Positions 38,201 through 49,549 of a DNA stretch of 64,000 bases are shown piece by piece. Position numbers and translations under genes: made by a program. Origin of the DNA: Fimbriosthenelais zetlandica (lineage: Eukaryota); NCBI GenBank assembly GCA_977030845.1, contig OZ365116.1:17980001-18044000 (forward strand), written 5' to 3'. The notes beneath the pieces are model-generated. The model did no database searches, was not told the origin of the DNA, and saw only the letters and a program-made list of their open reading frames with translations. Position 1 is the stretch's first letter, and every line of letters begins with the position of its first letter.

Positions 38201-41200
38201 TGCTCGAGATGTGTCACCAAAGTATAATTGATGGGTGACCAGTCCTTTGTAGGCAGCAGCCCTGACTTCCTGTTGAAGGAACTGGTGGAATAATCTTCCT
38301 AAAAAAATGAAATGAGAACTTTGAAAAGGGCAAAGTGAACTTTTCGTTGGTGGTAAATGCCAAGGATAGCCAAACCAGCTGTAGGCTAGTTGTCTGGAAT
38401 TAGCTTCACTGTGACAGTTTGGATGAGGACTTGCACCATTTCCATCTAGCCACCACCAGCAGATTAGGGGAAGAAAGGGGATGAGAAAGCCTATATTTAT
38501 GAGGTCGTGTCCCACTTGCACCAACTGATATCCCGGCTTCAAAGATTAAACCCCCATCCCTCCTCACCGTTCTCTCTGATTCATCGCACACAAAGCCAGG
38601 GTTCCAGGGGTCCCTATGGCCCCCATGGGACAGCCAAGAAAAGCCATCCACAGCAGGAATGGCCTGTTGAAGGGGACCATTTTGACAGGGCCTGTAGGAG
38701 GGGTGGACTAGTCCTATCCCCCTTGATGATGGATATCTATCTATGCTCCATTGACAACGAATGCTGCTAACCGTCTTTAGTGAAGAAACTGTGTCTCTCA
38801 CACTCTGCTCCAGTATGGTTCTGTCACTCCAGGTGATCATGCATGATATTTAAAGAATAGCATGGCAGATTTATACATACTAATACGTAAAATAAACATC
38901 AGATTGGGGCAAGACCATTGACAGCGAGCAGTATAATCAAGCAGGATGAAATCAAGGATGACAAACAAGGATGACGCCAATCATACTACCATGGTCGGCT
39001 GACAGTCTGATTGAGTGAAGGCGGGAGCGGGACATTCAAGACTAGCCTTGCAGAAGTGATCTTTCATTTGGTAGTTTTTGGTTCTATACGGTTGTCCTTT
39101 TTGAAATCGATCCTTTGTTAATCAGATGAAGGACCCATTAGGATTCACTTCTTATAAGGAGCATTGCTTTTGTGATTAACAAATTAGGGAGGCTCGTGTA
39201 GTTAAAACCTATAATACTCGAACGTCTTACAAAACCGAGAGATAAAGCTGATACCAGGCTTGGAAAGTTGTGGAGGTCATACAGTATAACAGAAAACTTT
39301 CCGTTGACGTCATGGGCCTTCCTTCAGTTTTTCCATTAGGATGTGACGAGTGTCTTCTGGGAATAGTATGTGAAATCACTAGCATATCGATATTTCACCT
39401 GACTCCATTAGGCCCTGGGTCGATATAGTTTCCCCTCCCATCTTTATCACTGCCGTCCAGGAGACTGACATTGACGAACCAATAACACACCCCATGTTTA
39501 GAGAAAACACACACACTTGTTTAATATTTATACAAGGCCATATTGAATAAAACCCAGGGGCACAGTGTGCAATAGGGGGAAAATGCGCCCCGTCCCACCC
39601 ACTCTAAACCACCTCTCGTTTTCCCAGATCCGTTTAATCCGACCGTAATGAATTTGTCTGTTGTGGCGATTACGGACCCAGTTTGCTCTGACAATAAGGA
39701 TCATGTTGTATTTAGGGGCGGGAGGGGGCGCAACGGTCGCTCCCACGGGGATCACTGTCCGTCATCTCCACACGCCCCCTCCCATCCAAACACTTCCGGG
39801 GGAAGCGACCTGAATTCAGTACTAATATGCTTTATATGCCCTGACATTGGGACACAATTAGTGTTGAGGCAGGATCTCGTAAAAAGATCAGGGCTGAACT
39901 AAATGAATTATCTTCTCTCCCGGGCACGGGATCTGGACTGCTTCTTTTTGAAAAAAAAAGGTCAGATCGATTAGATTACATATAGGACTGCCTATAAATA
40001 AACTCTATCCTTTACCTTCCCTTCGATTTATACGTGAGGTTGGTGACAGTATTATTTTAAAAAGTATAATGCTCAGATGGAGCTTGAATTGATGGTGCAT
40101 GGGCTTTTCCCCCATCAAACATGCATGTGTTCATATGTGGAGGCATACTACGCATTACCATATGGCTTATCCAGCGCCCTTCAATTGCTTTTATGTCAGA
40201 TATGACTGCCGACGGAAAGATACTCCTTTAAAAATTCCCTGTCCTGTTTTAGGAGTGTCGCAATGATAGATGAGTTGGCTTAGGGTGTTTTGGTGTCAGT
40301 CCCATGCACGAGTCCCATGGGACATGAGTCAGTGAAAGGGAAAAGACAAACCGTCCTTCCCATAACCCTCCCACTCCCAACCCCCTCCCCCTTATCATAT
40401 CCCAACAACACTTGCACACAGAGGAGCTCATGGCAAGCAACACTTTGCCCATCTTTACAATGCATGTCACGTGCGTTATGATAATGCTTTGCGTCATGAA
40501 GCTGTCCACCATCCCCTCCCTGTTTTCCCCATTTAAATAAAGAAAGAAGAAGGGGTTTGTTCTCCATTGATTCACTTTTATCCGGCAATGTTTGGGGAGA
40601 TTCTGTTACGAAAGAAAAACATAATTAGTTTTGATGTGTAATGGTGTGGACGGCTTTCAAACACAAGCGGGGTGACTGGTCCTTGTTTCGTCTTATTCAT
40701 GGGGTGAATGTTTGGTAATTATGGGTGACATTCTGGGATTTGTTGAACCAACACTTACCGAATCACCTCAGAAAAAAGCCACCTCTTCCATCGCTCCCAT
40801 GTCAAATTCAAATATAATATAACAGGACATTGTATCTGAAACTTTAATAATATTTTAGTTTAACGCAAGCCTTCCTACATTATCGGTTTATTTATCGATC
40901 AAAGCATCCTAATTCTTATATAATTCCCCCGTTTTTTCCTCTTAAATCTGCAGTCTTGCCCATCCACGCTTCCCTCATCCCAGCCTGCCTCAATCCACCC
41001 CCCTCTGGGTCCCTGTCCCACGCCCTCGCCACACATTGCTCTCCACCCTTGAAGAAGCCTCGCCAAATTCCCAGGTGAATCCTCTTGATCAGCACCGGAA
41101 GTGGCGTCATTTACACGTCAATTGAACGCAAATCCCTGCCCTGACCCAGCGTTTGCCCCCACTCTCACCAACTAACGGCCGATTTAGAACTTGATCCCTG

Positions 41201-41841
41201 ATCAGACCCCTCTAGCTGCTGGCTAGAACAGAGAAAGGTATGGATGAGTTGGGCTTGGGGTATAGATGGCCAAAAACGAGCTTTACCCAAGGGACCAGGA
41301 CATATTATTCATGGCTAGAGCAATATAAGGCCTTGGTCCTCTCATCGATGCTTGAAAATAAAGCACCTTTTACTGGATATAGGATGCTCTTCAGGTCTGA
41401 CTGAACTGAAGAAAGTGGAACTTTACTGAAAGCAACATGATATCAATATTTTATTTCTGTTAATATCTATGAAATATAAAAGCCCTTGCTTGTTGGCCAA
41501 ATAGAACTGCTGGAATCATCTTCAGTTACTTAGTATAACTGAGATCGTACTAAGGGGTTGCAGGATGGTTATCCATATATCCATCAAACGCGCCTTATCG
41601 CGGCACAATCCACTGAGGGGGTTGGACCTATTTTTGTGCAGTTTTCGTTGAACAGCGCAGTTGCTTCAAATCATATGTTCTTTAGCATTGTTATCACGAG
41701 GGCGGGCGCCCATATTTATCTTGTGGCAATCTTTAAGCACTCCACACGACCCAAGATGGAGATGATTTGTCTAAACATTGTGTATTATAAATATTCTGGC
41801 GCCAACGATTGAAGCCATGTGTTTGTTCTTCCTACTTACAG

Positions 41842-41915
41842 GGCCACCGTGATAGAATACAATGACATCTGGTACAAAGATGACGGGGCTCTCACTAAGA
41901 TTTTCTGTGAAGAAA
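41842..41915 (+). CDS. SPON1: F-spondin exon, end of Reeler domain: (R)ATVIEYNDIWYKDDGALTKIFCEE(T)
   Basis: Acceptor cctacttacag| and donor A|gtaagt; 74 nt, phase 2 to 1. Shows the D-G-x-L-T-K-x-x-C-E motif of F-spondins. Confidence 0.95.
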
Positions 41916-42025
41916 GTAAGTTATTTTATACTAAAAGGTTTCGAAATTCCGAGATTACCATCATAATCAAATCAGAGGAAAGTATTCTTACCAATGTTAT
42001 TAATAAATTCTGTCTATTCTTCTAG

Positions 42026-42154
42026 CTGGTGTGAGTGGCGACGATCACCCCACAGAGATGATCCCTGACTGCTGTGCCTGTGGGACGGGCAAGTATCAGA
42101 TGACCTTCCATGGTCTCTGGTCACGACAGACTCATCCTAAAGATTACCCCACAC
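42026..42154 (+). CDS. SPON1: F-spondin exon, start of Spondin_N: (T)GVSGDDHPTEMIPDCCACGTGKYQMTFHGLWSRQTHPKDYPT(H)
   Basis: Acceptor ttcttctag| and donor C|gtaagt; 129 nt, phase 1 to 1. DCCACG and THPKDYP motifs. Confidence 0.97.
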
Positions 42155-45100
42155 GTAAGTCACTATTCTTTTTGTTCAATTTTTCATGATAAAGTAAGAG
42201 GCTTTTATGTTGAAACATAGCAGAATATCAGCCATAACTTCATTGATGTGGAAGCTCACGATATACAGTCTGTACTGCTGTGGCCTTTACTTACTTCTTT
42301 GTAATTTGGCACAGTAATAATAATATTGTACATCACGCCATATACATTGTGCACACTGAGTGCTCGTATGCCCAGGACTCATCTTCATAAACGAGTTCTA
42401 AACATCCCCATAGCCCATCCCTTGCTGGATGATAAACTGCTGGATGTAGAACTTTTTTATACAGAGCTCTAATCTTACATTATGTATGGTGGTTCTGTCG
42501 ACGTGATAGCATACTAGTTCCTGGAAGATAATTACATGTATGTGTGGTCTGTATGCACCCATGGTGAAGGTATATATGTAGACGACCTGTTTATATCTAC
42601 GTGTAAATAGCTCCTAATAAATGGTCCTACAAATTATGTATAGACGAGATCTACTGACAACAGTATCTGTGAGGCAAGAGGAAAATATAACTTCACAATT
42701 TTGGTTGGCAGTGGGTTGAGTTCATCAAGTTGAGTTCCAAACTATTGTTGCTATTCACAGTGAATCTACTGACCTACCCAGTGAATTCCTCAAGGGACAT
42801 TTGTTCGGTAATCAGTCGGCCATTAGTTAAACCATTTACTTCTGCTTGATCAGCATTGAATTGACAAGACTGAACATCAAATCACATCTCTTAGTTCAGT
42901 GGAGAAATGTATGATATTTGGAATTATGATATGATTATTCCATTGATTGTTATTTTGTTATATTGGATAAGGACTAGCTGGTATTTGCTGGGTTATGCCT
43001 ACAACTGAGCAGGGTATAGGATAGCCCTGTAAGTAGCCATGTCCCACTATGTATAGGCTCCCGTTCCTACAGTCAGACAGCATTCCTTGTGCTAAATCAC
43101 ATTTGTATCCCCCATTTGCCTTCAATGGCGCCCTGCTGGGGGTTTGAGACTCTTCACGCTATGGATAGGTCATCATTTATTGCCCCAAAAAGAAGTTTAT
43201 AAGACTCTGCAACATCCTCCTGTTGAACTGTAATACAGGGCATCGCAATTAAAAGTTGCCTTTGGATTTATAACCGATAAAAATGTAATTTGGTTGCAAA
43301 TTTCCTCATATTATAAAGACATATCTTGGATCATTTTGCCCACTGTACATGGATGGCCTCCATGTATGAAGTAACGACCTGTTACATCCCCCTCTATCCT
43401 ACATGAAGGTCACTAAGTGACAGCCACTAAACCTCATGCAACATCAAAGTGATATTGCGCCTGGCTGACTCCTACCAAGTTGTGCCTTGGATTTGGTCTT
43501 CTAAAAGACATGAAGGCAGTTGGTTCATTTAGTGGATGTAAGCTGTGACGTTTGACATTGTTGGTCCTTCACTGATGTTTCACACCTCTATTCACATTCT
43601 GCTGTATTCCTTTAAGCTTTAGAGTTTCTCTGCTGGGGGAAGTGGGAGGGTCTCTCTGGGAATTTACTAACTTAAAGGAATTCCACGTGCCCTTATATGT
43701 AGACACCTCCCAAGAACGTTTAAAAACTATACTGTGTATTGAGTTTCTCTGGGGAGTAGTTTACATAGATGATTTTATGATGTTCCCTCTTAATCTAAGA
43801 TCGCTCGAAGGATGAGAAAGGAAGATTATTTCTTATTCTTAACGCCCAAATGATCAAAACATAAACTTTCTTTACAATTTGATTTGGGCCATAAAACACA
43901 GGCAGTCCACCGAGCCTGCCTTCCTCTTGTCCGTGGATTAAACTAATGTTTTCTTGGGGTGGAAAAAAGCAATTTGGAGTTTAATTTGGAACTTGATTGT
44001 TAAATATCGCTTGAGCATTGTTCAGTTGATTGGATGGATAAAATCAAGGCGATTTGCTTTCCTCGGATGAATTCATCTTTTGATCTCCCACAGAAAGGAA
44101 CTGTGTGTAGACCTCGATCAACTGTTTGTCGTTTTAAAAACAGTTGATCCAAATTGATTTTCCTAGCTTTTATGTTCAGCTTTAAAATCTGAATTGCTCG
44201 AAAGATGGTTGCTCATAACAAGATAGTAGGGCCTACGATTATTCTTAATAGTTTATAGCATTCGTCCATTGCTCAGTTTCGCATTATAGGCTATACTGTT
44301 AATTCTCTACTACCAAATCACAGATGGTTGCCTTGCATGTTGAAGCCTATGGTTGATAACGTTTTTCTCATCAGAACATGCTCTTCAATTCTTCTACAAT
44401 CTAACGGTGAATTAAACATCTTCTACAGTACAAACCTATAAACATGAGCACGTGTTCCGATACAAAAGCCTTGTATATTTTTCCTATCTTTCACAATACT
44501 ACTAAATCTGAATTATCTCTATGGGCGTTGACAGCTTTAGGCCTCTTGCCTCAGTCAATAGCCCCTTCCACGAGTCCACTCCCAATAGCTGAAGGGGTGA
44601 GAGGGGTGAAGGAACAATCGGCGAACGTCTAGAAAGAAAATATATCAACCTTTTTCCTCACCAAATGGTGAGCACAAGTGAGATTGTCCGGGCGGAAAAG
44701 ATCGTTACGCTCCGGAAGCGGAGATAAGCGCAAGGCGTGAAGTTGTCGCCCTGTCGCCGAGCGAATCGCTTCATGTGAAGCTAGGGCAATCAACACTTAC
44801 ACTGCCTGTTTTTGTCACAGTTTTTTCTTTCACGAAAGGAAAAGCGACCTGGATAAACTTTGCCATTAATCCAGAAATTAATCAACCGGTTGGAATTTAT
44901 TCATCAATGTCCCTGTGCAAAAACATTTAAATATGACTGCATTTGGTTTTTTTAACCAAAATTTCTTTCATACACAGACACATGTACTGTGAATGGACGT
45001 CAGTATTTTGAGAACAGAAAATCAAAACTAGATTCAAATAAATCAATCACTTAGTGACACGTGCTCCGCATATCCACAGGTTTTATCTATAGTACAAGCA

Positions 45101-46533
45101 CAAGGCTTTGGCGTATAAAACGTCCTCCCAGAAAATTAACTTGTTTTTGATCTGGTCTTAGTGAATAATGTGAAAAAGATGCTATCTGAAAAATTAATGG
45201 CATTGCTTTGTAACGATAAAATCTCCATTCACCAAATAAAGTGGTCGATGTCATTAAAATGTCTGTCAAGTCTCAAGTCTCGATCTATGTCAACGTTGTG
45301 GGTTTGTGCATAGATGACATACTGACTGCCTATGATTTATCATTTGCTAAAGGTTTATCGATAAATCGAGATCTATATTCTATGATTTATTTTTTCTTTC
45401 AACTCCTTATTTATACTTAAAAAAGTGGAATTACGTGTTTTGACTGGAAATTGAACATCTGAAATGTTGAGTAGACCATATATCAATTCTTCGAGTGGCT
45501 TCGCCCTTCCTTTATAGGGTAAATTGGTCTTATTAAAGCTGGAATGGTTTTTGGCTTGGATATAAAGGACATTAGGTAAAGAGGACTGACCATGCAAAGT
45601 AAGTGGGTGGGTGGCTTGGGGCAGGTTGGGGAGGGCTTCACAAGCCATGTAAAGATAACCTTTGAAGGGGAAACATATTAGTCAATCTGCCAACTCAGGC
45701 GAACTAAACTGTCTCCAAGTTGACACTTCAAAGCTCGTTTCACTCGTCAATTATTCGCTATACTTATTCTGAACAATCTTGTACATTTGACTGTCCTTTT
45801 TACTGTGTGAATACCTGATGGTTAGATAGCAGTGCTATTACATTGAAGGACATACTGCAGGCTACTCCATATTGCACTTCTCCATATATTTCCCCCATAT
45901 TGCTTTACAAGGGTGACTTGAGTCTGTTAGTGAACAGTTTACAACTCGTTATATTTATATGATGTTACAATGATTATGTATATCATCAACAAGTTGCTCT
46001 GTAGTAAAACTGGCCTCTTACTCTTCACTGCCTTCATCACTACTGTGTACAAATGCAGCCGGTGAGGCAGAAGGGACATCTGGTGTATAGAATAGGAAGT
46101 AAAGCTGGGTGTCCTGGCTGCTCATTGCCTGCTCCACTAGCCAGTAATAGTGCCCTGAACGAGCCGTATCACAGGGATGAGTTAACCCCATGAGTTTTAT
46201 TGTGTTGGACTCACAATAGAAGATTAGATGCCCACAACCCTCACCCTCAACCTCTCCCTCCCTACTCCCCAGCTAGCAGGGTCCTGCCAGACAATGGAAA
46301 ATCCTTGTCTTCCTCATATATATAGTTTTTTTGGTAGCGTTTTCTTTTTCATATTGTTGCTTTTTGATTGATGGCCCTCTTGAGATTAACTCGTCCCTAC
46401 TTGAGATGAATAGAATGTCTAACGTTCGCTTCCTGCTATTACAGGCATCATTCCAGTCCCTGGCCTCTGTAGCAGATGCCAATAGCTCTCCATAATACAA
46501 AATATTAATGTGATCCATATAATCTACTTCTAG

Positions 46534-46685
46534 ATAAACGTTTACTTCATTGGTCAAACATCGTTGGTGCATCTCATAGCAAGTCTTACAATATCTGGCA
46601 GTATGGAGGCTATGCAAGCAAGGGCATCAAGGAAGTCTGTGAATTTGGCTATCCACGTACCCTCGAACAAGAAATGAGACAACAT
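46534..46685 (+). CDS. SPON1: F-spondin exon, Spondin_N: (H)KRLLHWSNIVGASHSKSYNIWQYGGYASKGIKEVCEFGYPRTLEQEMRQH
   Basis: Acceptor ctacttctag| and donor CAT|gtaagt; 152 nt, phase 1 to 0. HWS..GASHS..W.YGGYAS motif. Confidence 0.97.
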
Positions 46686-47238
46686 GTAAGTATATATCAC
46701 CTGACGGAAACGCTAGACTAGCATCCTGCCTCTTACTTCTTACTCAAGAAGTATTGGGAAAAGATATCTCGTATAAAGCTCTGACTTCTCTTCTCTATTG
46801 ATTGAGGCAATGATTCCTGAAACCACTCCTTATTCACGGACTGGGGCCATATGGGGAAGCTGAATTTTAAAAGCAAATTGATTCCATAAAAACGTAATGC
46901 CAGAGGGGCCCCGAGACTCCCCAGCTGAGGTCGCGGAGGAAAAAAGCCATTGCCTTTCCTACCGATTGCCATCTGTGTTCTCTGGGTTAGAGCATGTGCC
47001 ATGCAAATATCAACTTCATGCTTCATTTAGAATGAGACTCCAATGTCATATTAAATAGGGCGGAATTAACATTAGCTCATCTATAGTTAATTTCATTCTA
47101 AATTCAATGTTCTTATGCCTGACAAAATTAGTCTTGATTTGAATCCTTGATGTGGTATACATTGCTCTTCTGCTCCATGCTGCCTATATGAATGTACTAT
47201 GTAACTGTGAATTACATAAGATGAATTGATGTTTTTAG

Positions 47239-47395
47239 AGCCGTGATATCAGGACGGTAGTGAAGACGCCTGGTATCTGGTGGAGCGAGCCTCATGGATT
47301 AAAGCAGACTCGGTGGGCACGATTCAGTGTAGACAGGAGGAACCATCTCCTCACCATGATTACCATGCTGGGTCCCAGCCCTGACTGGTGTATAG
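47239..47395 (+). CDS. SPON1: F-spondin exon, Spondin_N: SRDIRTVVKTPGIWWSEPHGLKQTRWARFSVDRRNHLLTMITMLGPSPDWCI(G)
   Basis: Acceptor gtttttag| and donor G|gtaatg; 157 nt, phase 0 to 1. FSVDR..H and GPSPDW motifs. Confidence 0.96.
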
Positions 47396-47485
47396 GTAAT
47401 GAAACATTCTAATAAACACCCCTGTCACATACATCTTTTCAAGACCATCTGTGGGTATGTTTTAATAAAATGTCCATTGTATTAG

Positions 47486-47592
47486 GTGTGAGTGCGCTGA
47501 ACCTCTGTCTGCCTAACTGTACCTGGGCTGGAGACATGGAGATCGATCTTTATCCCTGGGATGCTGGTACTGATGATGGAGTTAGCTACATG
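47486..47592 (+). CDS. SPON1: F-spondin exon, Spondin_N: (G)VSALNLCLPNCTWAGDMEIDLYPWDAGTDDGVSYM
   Basis: Acceptor attgtattag| and donor ATG|gtatgt; 107 nt, phase 1 to 0. Contains the conserved Ca2+-binding PWDAGTD motif. Confidence 0.97.
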
Positions 47593-47699
47593 GTATGTAT
47601 TGCGATGCAAACACTTACCCTCATTTTTACTCCACCAACTGATGAAGCAGCCTTTGGTATTTGTATTACCTATACTAGAGAATCTTGCCTTTATTTCAG

Positions 47700-47979
47700 T
47701 CACGAAACATGAAGAGTGATCCACAGCAGAAGATTCACCGGATCACCAACTCCTTCCCGAACAACCCGTCCTCGCCGTTCTTCGGTACTGAGCCGATCCG
47801 CCCCTTGGCCCGTCTCAGTCTCCGGAGGATCCATCCCAAGCCTGGAGATGCCCCTGTGTGTTTTGGTAATGAGACAGACCTGGAATCAAGCCCCTTTGAT
47901 GGCGAACAAATAGAGACGAGCGAAGATGATTCACTCCTTACTGATATGGAGAGGAAGAAACTGATGATGATGAAAGGGG
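47700..47979 (+). CDS. SPON1: F-spondin exon, end of Spondin_N plus acidic linker: SRNMKSDPQQKIHRITNSFPNNPSSPFFG...PVCFGNETDLESSPFDGEQIETSEDDSLLTDMERKKLMMMKG(G)
   Basis: Acceptor ctttatttcag| and donor G|gtgagt; 280 nt, phase 0 to 1. P..KI..IT...P.SPF..ARL motif; lies in track ORF 47685..48056. Confidence 0.93.
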
Positions 47980-48094
47980 GTGAGTACATAACACGGAATG
48001 TCTTCAATATCTCACCTACACACAGAGAAAGGCTGACCATATACATTGCCTCTTAAAGGATTGGATGTTAATTGCTTTCATTGTGTTTTTTCAG

Positions 48095-48353
48095 GTAAAT
48101 GTGCCACCAGTGAGTGGGGTGACTGGTCTGAATGTAGCACCACCTGTGGTGTGGGTCAGCGCTTCAGGAAGCGCATGTTCCTCAACCCCATGGTGAACGA
48201 GGAGATGTGTGCCTTGTCACTGATGGAGACTGAGAACTGTATCGGTATAGAGAATGAATGTGAGAAGGTGGGCGATGATTGCGCTGTCACAGGCTGGTCT
48301 GACTGGTCTCCTTGTAGTGTCACGTGTGGTAAAGGTGTCAAGGAAAGGAGAAG
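48095..48353 (+). CDS. SPON1: F-spondin exon, TSR1 and first half of TSR2
   Basis: Acceptor gttttttcag| and donor AG|gtacgt; 259 nt, phase 1 to 2. Contains WGDWSECSTTCG and WSDWSPCSVTCG, i.e. WxxW C-mannosylation and CxxS/TC O-fucosylation consensus motifs, plus the classic CSVTCG motif. Confidence 0.96.
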
Positions 48354-48660
48354 GTACGTACATGCATATTACAAGAGCAAAGTTAACAAGGCCGATGATG
48401 TGGCCCATCAAACACTTCCAGAATAACTTTATAGTCTTATGAATATATAGTTTAATGGAGGAGATGAATTATTTACTAATGAGCAAAATCATGTTGATAG
48501 GAGATTTTAACCTAGATGAACATAGTAGGCCTAAACGTAAGGACATAGGTTTTTTCTCTCGAAATATATTACCTGAATTAGATGTTGGTCTGGGGCTCAC
48601 TTTAGGTGAAAAAACGTGCTTGGGAGTTAGAAGAGGGGATTTGGTTTGAAAGAGAAAAAT

Positions 48661-48700
48661 TATGACCTTGTTGGGATTCGAACCCATGTTCTTGTACTAC
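48661..48700 (-). repeat. Isolated tRNA T-arm/B-box remnant
   Basis: Minus strand TGGG-TTCGAAT-CCCA with GGGTTCGAATCCC at 48673-48685. No recognisable A box upstream. Confidence 0.5.
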
Positions 48701-48780
48701 TCTAAATGGCACCTTACAATATACAAGTAAGGGAGTTAGAATAAATAAGCAGTTGGAAAAAAAGCGAAAACGCGGAACAT

Positions 48781-48855
48781 GGCAGGAATCGAAGCTAGTT
48801 TGACATGCCCCTCGTATTGAGAGTTCATCTCTTTAACCATTCGGCCACTGACTGC
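48781..48855 (-). pseudogene. Decayed tRNA-Ser-like sequence (tRNA pseudogene or SINE head)
   Basis: Minus strand reads GCAGTCAGTGGCCGAATGGTTAAAGAGATGAACT...TAGCTTCGATTCCTGCC, which parallels tRNA-Ser (GTGGCCGAGTGGTTAAGGCGATGGACT...GGTTCGAATCCTGCC). The anticodon and acceptor stems do not pair. T4 and T7 runs follow within about 25 nt downstream. Confidence 0.6.
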
Positions 48856-49054
48856 TTGGATCTGTTGGTGTTCAACAAATTGTGGTACATGAGAAGCGAC
48901 GGTGAAAAGGAAAATATATTTAATATCAATTCATAATTTAAAACTTTTAAAAACTACCGAATGTATCAGCTGAATGTGTCTGGTCAGTAGAATAATCAAC
49001 CTCCGTGGTTGGGGAGGTTCTGGAAATATTACCATTTGGTTTACTACCTCTAAC

Positions 49055-49393
49055 GGCTGTTCTCGTTGGCCCAGTGGTCAAGGGCGCTGGTAGTCTGATG
49101 TAAGTTTTAACAGACTCGTGGGTTCGAATCCCCACAACAGCCATGGTAGTGGTCCCGTCTGTAAGTTTCAAGTGAAAGACTGGTGAAGTCTCCCACGTTC
49201 TGATCATAGCTTGATTTGCGTGGGCCCGCGTTCAATCCGTAAAGGTGGAACACTTGCACTGATCATATGTGTGTACGGCCATGGAGCGATTCGCCACAGT
49301 GATCAGTTGGTTATCAAGTGTGTAGCCTTGCCAGGGTTGATATGCCAGGGTGAATGGATCCGGTTGACTAAGACTAACTCACCAAAAAAAAAA
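49055..49393 (+). mobile_element. tRNA-Leu-derived SINE-like element: about 89-nt tRNA head, about 240-nt structured body, A10 tail
   Basis: Head has perfect acceptor-like pairing GGCTGTT (49055-61)/AACAGCC (49136-42), A box TGGCCCAGTGG, B box GGTTCGAATCC, and a T-stem GTGGG/CCCAC. TGGCCCAGTGGTCAAGGGCGCTGG and CGTGGGTTCGAATCCC resemble eukaryotic tRNA-Leu. There is no normal anticodon arm and no T-run terminator after the head, and the body ends in A10 (49384-93). No target-site duplication was identified. Confidence 0.75.
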
Positions 49394-49549
49394 TTTATTT
49401 ATATTTTAAACTTAAATTTTGTTTGGAGGGTGTAAGATGACAGATGGGAAATAGTGGTAGAAATATTTAATAACGCTACGAATAGGGTGATGGGTATTGG
49501 AAATTACTGAGGTGAGTGTGTGTGTGGTGGGGGCAGGTATGTAGGTATG

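Noticed and set aside
38111-38840. Two overlapping 143-144 aa minus-strand ORFs
   Set aside because: No recognisable motifs or convincing splice boundaries. A decayed mobile element cannot be excluded without a database search.
46273-46617. 114-aa antisense ORF overlapping the Spondin_N exon
   Set aside because: It is explained as a shadow ORF opposite real coding sequence and has no domain features.
48354-48426. In-frame read-through after the TSR1-2 exon (YVHAYYKSKV...LPE*)
   Set aside because: It would truncate TSR2 before its last cysteines. A phase-compatible exon at 50703 completes the domain.
49170-49380. Hammerhead or HDV-like ribozyme within the SINE body
   Set aside because: The cores read CTGATCA rather than CTGANGA with a correctly placed GAAA. 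An attempted HDV fold lacked P3/L3 and P1.1 consensus. Only a covariance-model search could rescue it.
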